Shown piece by piece: positions 18,101 through 25,141 of a stretch of DNA of 56,995 nt. The DNA lies in contig CAZXME010000001.1 of the NCBI GenBank assembly GCA_964641515.1, positions 1-56,995 of the forward strand. Reading direction: 5' to 3'. The first letter of the stretch is position 1, and the number at the start of each line of letters is the position of its first letter. Made by a program: the position numbers and the translations under genes. The notes below the pieces were generated by a model. The model made no database searches. It was not told where the DNA came from and worked only from the letters and a program-made list of their open reading frames with translations. The stretch comes from an uncultured Methanosarcinales archaeon (GTDB taxonomy: Archaea > Nanobdellota > Nanobdellia > Woesearchaeales > CG1-02-33-12).

Positions 18101-19381
18101 AATCTTCGGGCAAGTGGTAACATGAACATAACCTACATTAATTTTAGCACAACAATGCCTGCAGGAGCTAACATAACACTGCAGACAAGAACCTCAGCAA
18201 CAGAATCTGGCTTAACTAATGCAAGCTGGAGTTCTGCTTATGTTAATAATTCATTAATTGAATCAGAGGATTATCAATATATACAATATATGGCAAATCT
18301 TTCCACAACAAATACTATTGTAACACCAACATTGCATGATGTAAGTGTAAATTATATTATATCTGATTTCACAGGAAATGAAAATATAATGTATATTAAC
18401 TTGATAGACCTTGATGATTACTTTTATGATGATGATACAGATGATACAATAACCTATAATGTAAGCGGGAATTCAAATATTGATATTTCAATAGGAAGTG
18501 ATACACACAAAGTTACACTCATACCTAAAAGTGATTGGCATGGCTCAGAAACAGTTTATTTCACAATGAATGATAATTATAACACCACAAGAAGCAATGA
18601 TATAATTTTAACATTTGTAGAATATGAAGGCATAACACCAGGCCCAACAATTATTGTCAGTGGAGGAGGATCATCAACAATATTCAAAACAAAAAAAGTG
18701 GAAGTAGAAAAGCCATATTCATTTAATCTTATAACCCCTTTAACAATGACTATGTATGAAAATGACACTGTTATTGCCCCAATAACACTAAACAATTATG
18801 GAGATACAACATTGAACGAAATAAGTTTAACATCTTCTGTCAACAGCAGCCTTATTAAATTAAAATTTACCAATGATTATTTTGAAACAATAGAAAAAAA
18901 GACATCTGTTAAAACAAACCTTATTATAGAATCTTATACTGCATTGGGCTCATATGAGGTTGTTGTGTTTGCAGATGTAAAAGACCCCGAGTTTAATGAT
19001 TCTGCTAAATTTTTTATGAGCTCAATAGAGCTTGGCCAATGGAGCCAGAAAGAATTTGAAACCAAAATAGCATTTACAAGAGATTTGCTTGAGGAAAACC
19101 CTGAATGCCTTGAACTGAATGAGCAGCTTGTAGATGCACAAAAATTAATAGCAAAATCAGATTATAAAAGAGCACAATTATTAATTCAATCGGTTGTGGA
19201 TACTTGTAGATATTTAATAACTGCCAAAGAACCAATAATAGAAGGACCAACTCATGAGGAAATTCAGAAAAAACAAACAATACTTATTGCAGCAGGCATA
19301 GGAATATTATTTATCATATTGTTAATTCTTTATTTAGTTTCACACAACAAGCCGCAGAAAAAACATAAAAAAAAGTATTAA
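15200..19381 (+). CDS. 1393-aa giant adhesin-like surface protein with tandem cadherin-like/Ig-like modules and C-terminal TM anchor
   Basis: Signal anchor IVIMFLVLSVIYSI. At least six ~90-aa modules follow the pattern D-x-D-x-D..LTFSDNTTLFDIN.STGLI.FTPN....G.Y.....V.D, joined by NDPP/N-x-AP linkers. Sequons are very dense. The C-terminal TM segment is ILIAAGIGILFIILLILYLV, followed by a basic tail. Confidence 0.85.
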   Translation: MIKPKKKINKKQLKSIVIMFLVLSVIYSINLINQEGVEIFMQDFSKDIMPIFNFIKNPRITGFATVYGSSPPSFNPSPPDYNLTEDQLFEIQLNASDLDNDTITFTDNSDAPEVNWIVFDMNGTGFISFTPTNDDVGNHTIGISIEDGTNDPVTENVIFSVENVNDPPQILNYTPTNLAPETTENNTLGFSFEYNATDPDIPYGDYLTIRWIIDGVVDSTIVNESGGSWSFTTGFCEPSYRNITLEVSDTENETDSITWNLSIINVNREPIWNGTISNISWEEDTNLINNISLDDYSYDPDYSECGDNPDFSSTGNTNITINIGSVTPHYVSFYPDSNWFGTEEIFFIIDDDYATANSNNLTLNVTNVQDPPEIEPIPDQQAYCYAVFSYQVAASDPDNDTLTYYDNTTLFDLNPSTGLINFTPISDNIGNYSINIIVGDGTYNSSTLMNLSIFNNTAPVIDSIANQTGGENALFELTVTGSDTDGDSLTFSSNYSKMSTSAQINETAAKFSFTPRDVDTGNHTILVTVTDVKGAMDSTTFVLEVLDINNAPVLDPIGNRTAKINKTFSLDVNATDIDSKDILIFSDNTTLFDINSSTGLINFTPNISQEGNYSVNISVSDNAVFSKSDYEIVIFTITQNRDPIIDTIGNQTAMEDINFNLTINASDPDGDTLTFSDNTTLFDINLSTGLIKFTPNISQVGLYSIKINVDDGDNGTSSATFWLNINAVNDPPYFDPSLKNQTATEGTLFYYDINASDEENDILTFSDNSSLFDIDNTTGIISFIPTNDDVGNHSINISVSDNSGVTSSVIILTVLNLNSPPNITSYSPVNLTPNTAENLSLQFSVTATDDDFVYGDVLTYTWYINSVNQSSNQSWLYEPNFTAAGQHNITIIVSDNSNETDSITWNVSVNNTNRLPSFGIVTQTTETDFSSGTNSNTNITSQSGDIILNKQNSTDYYSQGIFISSAINLRASGNMNITYINFSTTMPAGANITLQTRTSATESGLTNASWSSAYVNNSLIESEDYQYIQYMANLSTTNTIVTPTLHDVSVNYIISDFTGNENIMYINLIDLDDYFYDDDTDDTITYNVSGNSNIDISIGSDTHKVTLIPKSDWHGSETVYFTMNDNYNTTRSNDIILTFVEYEGITPGPTIIVSGGGSSTIFKTKKVEVEKPYSFNLITPLTMTMYENDTVIAPITLNNYGDTTLNEISLTSSVNSSLIKLKFTNDYFETIEKKTSVKTNLIIESYTALGSYEVVVFADVKDPEFNDSAKFFMSSIELGQWSQKEFETKIAFTRDLLEENPECLELNEQLVDAQKLIAKSDYKRAQLLIQSVVDTCRYLITAKEPIIEGPTHEEIQKKQTILIAAGIGILFIILLILYLVSHNKPQKKHKKKY

Positions 19382-20103
19382 TTTTTGTTATCGGGAACAA
19401 TTTCCTTGTATAAGAAAAGAACATCATCATAAATTTCTTTTTTATTTTCAATATTTAGGTGATTATACTTTTCTTTAATCTTTACGTACAACTTCCTGCT
19501 ACTTTGAATGTTATTATTATCAAGTAGGTCAAATGCTTTAATAAGCATATTATGTATTTGCTCTAGCCTGTTTTTTTCAATATTTATTTTAAATTTAGGG
19601 GATATATATTGTATCAGGGCTAACAAAACATTTTGTTTTTTTCTCCTCGTTTCTTTGGGTGTTAATATTTTTTTGGATTTAAAAAACCTTAATATTTTAC
19701 AAAGTTTTGTTTTTTTAACTTCTTCTTCATTAAATGTCAGTTTCTCAAATAATTTTAAAAAATCACCCAATAGTTTCTTAAGTTCCTGCTCAGACAGGGT
19801 TTCATCACTATATTCAACAACAGATAACTTTTTTAAGAAAAAAAGAATTTTTTCTTTCAAATTTTTGTCTATTCTTTTTTTCTCCAATTCTTTGCTTAAT
19901 TCTTCAAATGTAAATTCATACTTAATTTTGAATAATTCAGCAAAAAAAAGCCTCACAAGATGAAAGAATTGTATAAAATTGTCATCCTTATTTTTTTTAG
20001 AAAAATGTTTTTTGAATGATTGTATTCTTTTAAAAGTGTTATTTTTCACTACGTCAATTCTATCAGGCTTTTTCCTTTTCCTTTTAAAAGGCGTTAAATT
20101 CAT
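19378..20103 (-). CDS. Soluble paralog of the cytoplasmic tail of the 969-aa surface protein
   Basis: 241 aa with no TM segment. LFKIKYEFTFEELSKELEKKRID aligns with LLKIEYEFTYEEFCKEIEKHKIS. SRKLYVKIKEKYNHLNIENKKEIYDDVLFLYKEI aligns with AKLAYIRIKELYEELPVKDKKYIYKKIVWLYNKI. Confidence 0.7.
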   Translation of the reverse strand: MNLTPFKRKRKKPDRIDVVKNNTFKRIQSFKKHFSKKNKDDNFIQFFHLVRLFFAELFKIKYEFTFEELSKELEKKRIDKNLKEKILFFLKKLSVVEYSDETLSEQELKKLLGDFLKLFEKLTFNEEEVKKTKLCKILRFFKSKKILTPKETRRKKQNVLLALIQYISPKFKINIEKNRLEQIHNMLIKAFDLLDNNNIQSSRKLYVKIKEKYNHLNIENKKEIYDDVLFLYKEIVPDNKN

Positions 20104-20150
20104 CTTAATTTTAAATTATTAAATATTCCTATATAAATCTATCGTGTGAT

Positions 20151-20172
20151 GTTTCACTCTTCTTGAGTAGGA
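20151..20172 (-). promoter_or_regulatory. Third, inverted copy of the CTACTCAAGAA-K-AG-NN-AAAC motif
   Basis: The reverse complement reads CCTACTCAAGAAGAGTGAAAC, versus copy A ACTACTCAAGAATAGAAAAAC (17 of 20 over the core). It lies 48-69 nt upstream of the minus-strand ATG at 20103. Confidence 0.45.
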
Positions 20173-20210
20173 TAAGAAAATATAAATATTAGGAATTACT
20201 TAATCAATAT

Positions 20211-21197
20211 ATGGATGAAAAAAAAAATTCTGAAAAGATAATTAAAGATCAAAAGATTATTAATGAGATAAAAAAAGAAGTATCAAATATAATTGTTGGT
20301 CAGGAAAAAGTAGTTAATGGTTTCTTAAGAGCACTATTAGCAAATGGCAATGTGCTTGTAGAAGGTGTTCCCGGGCTTGCTAAAACACTTATTGTAAGGG
20401 CATTATCTGCTGTTATGGGGTGTGGTTTCAGCAGAATCCAGTTTACGCCAGATCTTTTGCCAACTGACATAATTGGAATAACTGCTTATGAGCGTGAAAG
20501 GGGGTTTTATGTCCTTAAAGGACCAATATTCAGCAATTTCATTCTTGCTGATGAAATAAACAGAGCACCTCCAAAAGTGCAATCTGCTTTATTAGAATGC
20601 ATGCAAGAAAAACAGGCAACAATTGGAAAAGAAACATTTAGTATGCCAATGCCTTTTTTTGTTCTTGCAACTCAAAATCCATTAGAACAAGTAGGTGTTT
20701 ATCCCCTTCCAGAAGCACAAATTGACAGATTTTTGTTCAAGATTGAAATAGGATACCCTTCTATTAATGAAGAGCAGATTATCCTTAATAAAAATATAAC
20801 AACAAAAAAGTTTGAAAATTTTACCTTAAAACCTATTATGTCCACTGAAAAAATATTAGAATTGCAGGACGATGTAAAAAAGGTTTATCTTGATAAAAAG
20901 ATTGAGAAATATATTATTCAGATAATTGATGCAACACGAAATCCAAATAATTATAAGGTTAAACTTGGAAATTATATAAATTATGGCGCCTCTCCAAGGG
21001 CATCTATTGGATTGTTTATTGCATCAAAAGCAGAGGCATTAATGAATGGCAAGACTTTTGTAACACCCCAGGATGTAAAAGAGGTTGCATATGATATTCT
21101 GAGGCATAGGCTTATCTTAAACTATGAGGCACAATCAGAAAATATTAAGGTTGAAGATGTGATTTCAGAAATTCTGGCAAGAGTTCCTGTTCCATAA
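20211..21197 (+). CDS. MoxR-family AAA+ ATPase
   Basis: Walker A GVPGLAKT. The block ILADEINRAPPKVQSALLECMQE is a MoxR/AAA_3 signature. 328 aa. Confidence 0.9.
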   Translation: MDEKKNSEKIIKDQKIINEIKKEVSNIIVGQEKVVNGFLRALLANGNVLVEGVPGLAKTLIVRALSAVMGCGFSRIQFTPDLLPTDIIGITAYERERGFYVLKGPIFSNFILADEINRAPPKVQSALLECMQEKQATIGKETFSMPMPFFVLATQNPLEQVGVYPLPEAQIDRFLFKIEIGYPSINEEQIILNKNITTKKFENFTLKPIMSTEKILELQDDVKKVYLDKKIEKYIIQIIDATRNPNNYKVKLGNYINYGASPRASIGLFIASKAEALMNGKTFVTPQDVKEVAYDILRHRLILNYEAQSENIKVEDVISEILARVPVP

Positions 21198-21210
21198 ATC
21201 CTGCTTAAAA

Positions 21211-22098
21211 ATGGAAGAATTAAAGCTTAATTTAAAGCCCCTTATTAAAAAATTAGAAATATCAACTAAAAGAGGATTTATAGATATCTTAACTGGCTCT
21301 TATAAAAGCACATTTAGAGGTAAAGGCCTGGATTTTGAGGGTTATCGAAGTTATATTTCTGGTGATGATGCTAACACGATTGACTGGAAAGCAACCTTAA
21401 GGTCACAGGATTTGCTGGTTAAAGTGCTTACTGAGGAAAGAAATGTTAATATTATTTTTTTAGTTGATGTCAGCTCAAGCATGTCTTTTGCATCTATTGA
21501 TAAGCTGAAAAATGAGTATGCAGCAGAGCTTGTTGCTTCACTAAGCTTTGCAGCTATACAGGCTGGTGATGCTGTGGGTTTGGTTATGTTTAATAATAAA
21601 ATAGTCAAATTTCTGCCTCCTGCCATGGGCAATAAGCAGTATTTTATGATAATAAAAGCATTGTCTAACCCAAAACTCTATGATGGAAAATTTGATTTTG
21701 CAAAAGTAATAATTGACTTAATGAATTCTTTCAAAAGGGGAGCAATAGTTGTGGTAGTATCTGATTTTATAGGCCTTGGTGAGGATTGGGAAAAATACTT
21801 AAATGCTGCATCTGAAAGATTTGAGATGATTGGAATAATGGTCAGGGATCCAAGAGATTATGAAATGTCTGAAGATATTGGCCAGATAGTTATTTCAGAC
21901 CCTTATTCTGATAAAGAGGTATTAATAGACACAGCAACAGTAAAGGAAGATTATGAGGCTGCTGTTAAAGAACAAATAAAATATGTAAAACATACATTTA
22001 TAAAATCAAGAGCAAATTTTTTAGAATTAAGAACAGATAAGCCATTCCTGAATTATATAATAAATTTCTTTTTGATGAGGAATAAAATAATAAGATGA
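21211..22098 (+). CDS. DUF58-family protein (vWA-like, MoxR partner)
   Basis: GDDANTIDWKATLRSQDLLVKVLTEERNVNIIFLVDVSSSM matches the DUF58 IDWK...EER...D-x-S-x-S pattern. Confidence 0.85.
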   Translation: MEELKLNLKPLIKKLEISTKRGFIDILTGSYKSTFRGKGLDFEGYRSYISGDDANTIDWKATLRSQDLLVKVLTEERNVNIIFLVDVSSSMSFASIDKLKNEYAAELVASLSFAAIQAGDAVGLVMFNNKIVKFLPPAMGNKQYFMIIKALSNPKLYDGKFDFAKVIIDLMNSFKRGAIVVVVSDFIGLGEDWEKYLNAASERFEMIGIMVRDPRDYEMSEDIGQIVISDPYSDKEVLIDTATVKEDYEAAVKEQIKYVKHTFIKSRANFLELRTDKPFLNYIINFFLMRNKIIR

Positions 22099-23051
22099 TA
22101 ATAATAAATTTTACTAATCCTTATTACTTATTGCTTTTAGTAAGCATACCCCTACTTATAATAACCCACTTCTTTGTTTTAGGCTACCTCAAGAGAAGGG
22201 CAGTAAAGTTTGCTAATTTTGAGGCAATCAAAAGAGTGACAGGAACAAAGTTTGAGCTTAAAAATGCAAGAGGAATATCAAAAAATTTGTTTTTGTTAAT
22301 TGTAAGAATGTTTGTATTATTATTTCTTATATTTTCCATATCCGGGCCTGTCCTTTGGTACAGCGGCCAGGGCAGCGAGTTTGATTTTGTTATTACAATA
22401 GATGCCTCAAGTTCTATGCTGGCAGATGATTTCGAGCCATACAGGCTTGATGCTGCAAGAAAGGCATCTTCATTGTTTGTTGAAAGCTTAAAGGCGAGAA
22501 CAAATATTGGTGTTGTTTCTTTTGCAGGAACAAGTTTTGTTGAACAGGATTTAACAAATAACATGGAAGAGACAGAAGATGTTATTACTGGCATAAGAAT
22601 TAAAAGGGTTGGAGGAACTGATATAGGGGGAGCAATAATAACCTCTACAAATATTTTGTTAAACCAGAAAAATTCAAGGGTTATTATCCTTCTGACAGAC
22701 GGGCAGAGCACTGTTGGAACACCTGTTGATACAGCTATTGAATATGCAAACAAAAATTATGTAACAATTAACACTATAGGCCTTGGCACAGAAGAAGGAG
22801 GGACATTCATAAAAGGTGATTTACTCTCAAAACTTGATGAGCCCACTCTTATTGACATAGCCCAAAAAACAGATGGTAAGTATTATAGGGCTGAGAATGA
22901 GAAAAGTTTAGCTAATGCATTTGAAGAAATATCTTCAAGTTCACAGAAAAAAATACCTGTAAATCTTTCAATGGGCTTCATGATGACCGCACTGGCATTA
23001 TTGTTTATTGAGTGGGGTATGATAAACACAAAGTATAGAACATTACCCTAA
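22095..23051 (+). CDS. Membrane-anchored von Willebrand factor A protein (BatA-like)
   Basis: It has N-terminal TM helices. The MIDAS motif is DASSSMLADDFEPYRLDAARKA, followed by LLTDGQST and a C-terminal TM segment. An ATGA start overlaps the DUF58 stop. Confidence 0.85.
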   Translation: MIIINFTNPYYLLLLVSIPLLIITHFFVLGYLKRRAVKFANFEAIKRVTGTKFELKNARGISKNLFLLIVRMFVLLFLIFSISGPVLWYSGQGSEFDFVITIDASSSMLADDFEPYRLDAARKASSLFVESLKARTNIGVVSFAGTSFVEQDLTNNMEETEDVITGIRIKRVGGTDIGGAIITSTNILLNQKNSRVIILLTDGQSTVGTPVDTAIEYANKNYVTINTIGLGTEEGGTFIKGDLLSKLDEPTLIDIAQKTDGKYYRAENEKSLANAFEEISSSSQKKIPVNLSMGFMMTALALLFIEWGMINTKYRTLP

Positions 23052-23181
23052 TTTTCGTGATTTCTTTAATTATCCTGAAAATATGCTTATTTTTTTTGAA
23101 AAAGCCATATAAAGAATTATCTCTGACTTTATTGCATAATCTTTTTGACAAAGAAGGTTAAAAAAAATAGGGGGTTAAAAA

Positions 23182-23361
23182 ATGGAATTTAGCGAGAAAA
23201 GACTAGAACAGATAAAGAACATGCCCATAGTAGAGAGTAAGGTTTTGAAGAGCAAGGATGGAAAGTTTGTTATGCACAAGACAGTCATAACAGACATAAA
23301 GCCTGTAAAATATTATGATGCTGTTCTTGAAAAAACTCCGGAAGAAGGAGCAGAAGAGTAG
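23182..23361 (+). CDS. Candidate small protein (59 aa), unannotated in the ORF track
   Basis: Hand translation gives MEFSEKRLEQIKNMPIVESKVLKSKDGKFVMHKTVITDIKPVKYYDAVLEKTPEEGAEE. AGGGGG lies 7-12 nt upstream of the ATG. It sits in an otherwise empty 318-nt gap. Confidence 0.3.
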   Translation: MEFSEKRLEQIKNMPIVESKVLKSKDGKFVMHKTVITDIKPVKYYDAVLEKTPEEGAEE

Positions 23362-23369
23362 GTTTTTTA

Positions 23370-24026
23370 CTAAAAATCTGATAAGCTCTTTTGTTTCTTT
23401 TTTTTATTAATATTTTTCCATGAAACCCACTCTTTCCTGAAAATTCTTTGGTAGTTATTATAGTTTTTTTCCAGAAAACCTATTGTAATAGGGTCAGAAG
23501 GGTAACCAGAACCAATTGGCTCTTTTATTTTCTTTTGTATTTTTTTTATTTCATTATCCCTTGTTACTTTTGCGATTATTGAGGCTGCTGATACAACAGC
23601 ATATTTAAAGTCTGCTTTATGTTCTACAACAAGCTCTGTTTTTATATTTTTTAAATGTTCTTTTAAAAAATTTTTATATGCTGGAATGTTGTTGCTTGGG
23701 CAGTCAACTATTGCTTTTTCTGGTTTTAAGAAGTTTATAATTTCTGCAGACTTAATAGCCTCTAACCAGTTAAGGTTAAGACTTTCTGATTTAAGGGCAG
23801 CATCTATCTCTTTTGGAGGAATTATTATTATCTTATAATTTTTTGTTGTATTGATTATTTTATTAAACATACCTTCCCTTTGAGTTGGGCTTAACAGCTT
23901 GGAATCCTTTACCCCTAGCTCCTTTAATTTACTAATGTCTTTTTCACTTATAGAAACTCCTGCCATTACCATTGGGCCAATAACCGGGCCCCTGCCTGCT
24001 TCATCAATTCCAAGTATGATTGCCAT
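23370..24026 (-). CDS. rnhB: Ribonuclease HII
   Basis: The catalytic block is ILGIDEAGRGPVIGPMVMAGV. The track start at 24041 is TTG; the ATG at 24026 gives MAIILGIDEAGRG. Confidence 0.9.
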   Translation of the reverse strand: MAIILGIDEAGRGPVIGPMVMAGVSISEKDISKLKELGVKDSKLLSPTQREGMFNKIINTTKNYKIIIIPPKEIDAALKSESLNLNWLEAIKSAEIINFLKPEKAIVDCPSNNIPAYKNFLKEHLKNIKTELVVEHKADFKYAVVSAASIIAKVTRDNEIKKIQKKIKEPIGSGYPSDPITIGFLEKNYNNYQRIFRKEWVSWKNINKKKKQKSLSDF

Positions 24027-24092
24027 TAAGAAAAAGAACAATAGTCTTTATTTAAATGTTTTGTGAATAATAAAAAATAAGAAATAAAAAAT

Positions 24093-24914
24093 TTAAGCTT
24101 TAATCATTTTAAGTGCAGGCTTCATATCTTTCCATGCAAGCTCAAATAATTGTTCTAGAGCTAAAGAAAAGAGCGGTGTATTTACCCAGATTCCAACATC
24201 ATAGGTTGGGTGCACATCCTTGTCATCCAGAACCATAAAAATTAATTCTTTGGAATCAATAACTATAAACCTTGCATTCAATTTATCAAGATGCCTAACT
24301 TCTGCAATTCCCTTTAAGTCAGCAATAGTTGATTTGCATTCATTCGTTATTGGTGCTGCAATCCTTATTGTAACCCCCTTCTTTTTGGCTTTTTCAAGGG
24401 TTCCCTTAAGAGACTCTATCTTTCTTATCAAACCAGCAGTTGTTGTCACAATGGTAATTGTATTTTCAGCACTCTTCAATGTAAAGTCAATGTGGTTATA
24501 GAGATTGTGCCTTCCCCTTAATGAGCCAGATAAATCACTTGGCTCAACTAGTTCAACACCTTGTGTGAAAAGTGTTTTTAATTCACCCAATACTTCTGTT
24601 TTCTTAAGATCTTCTAATCTCTTAACTTTTGTTTCTGCATCTAACCTCATATTTTTCTTTACTCTTTCAACAACCTCTTCAGGTGGAACTGCCATGTATT
24701 TTATTGGCTTCCCAAATTTCATAACAACAAAGCCTTTTTTCTCTAATGATTCAAGAACATCATAACTTCTTGATCTTGGAACATTTGCTATATCACTTAA
24801 CTCACCAGCTGTTGAAACCCCTCTTGATAAGAGAGCCGTCCATATTTTTACCTCATAAAGGTTTAGAGAAAAATACAGTTTTAGTCTGCTTAAAAATTCT
24901 TCTTTTACTATCAT
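24093..24914 (-). CDS. TrmB-family transcriptional regulator (paralog 1)
   Basis: It has the TrmB-type winged helix LYEVKIWTALLSRGVSTAGELSDIANVPRSRSYDVLESLEKKGFV plus a ~170-aa C-terminal effector-like domain. It is divergent from pta-ackA. Confidence 0.85.
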   Translation of the reverse strand: MIVKEEFLSRLKLYFSLNLYEVKIWTALLSRGVSTAGELSDIANVPRSRSYDVLESLEKKGFVVMKFGKPIKYMAVPPEEVVERVKKNMRLDAETKVKRLEDLKKTEVLGELKTLFTQGVELVEPSDLSGSLRGRHNLYNHIDFTLKSAENTITIVTTTAGLIRKIESLKGTLEKAKKKGVTIRIAAPITNECKSTIADLKGIAEVRHLDKLNARFIVIDSKELIFMVLDDKDVHPTYDVGIWVNTPLFSLALEQLFELAWKDMKPALKMIKA

Positions 24915-24978
24915 TATCTTTCACCCTCCCTCTTTTTTTATTTTTAATATAAATGAATTAAGGTTACTACTATTAATA

Positions 24979-24996
24979 TGTTATGTTTTTTTAACA
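24979..24996. promoter_or_regulatory. Palindrome TGTTA-N8-TAACA (candidate TrmB operator, copy 1)
   Basis: Read directly from the sequence. It lies 65-82 nt upstream of the TrmB paralog 1 ATG and ~146 nt upstream of pta. The same half-sites and spacing occur upstream of paralog 2. Confidence 0.4.
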
Positions 24997-25141
24997 TTTA
25001 ACAGTCACTAACTTTTATATGTAACCACACAGTTAAAAAACCTAAGAAATAATATATATTGCTATTATTTAAATGTTATCTTTTTCTGTACTTTTTTCCA
25101 AATGAAAAGCTTTAAATAAATAAAAGAAAGTTTATCTGATT

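Noticed and set aside
22184-22753. A 189-aa minus-strand ORF, along with other long antisense ORFs such as 9959..10387, 26708..27001 and 46421..46801.
   Set aside because: Each lies antisense within a gene that has strong family motifs. Their composition is low-complexity and hydrophobic, typical of shadow frames in AT-rich DNA.
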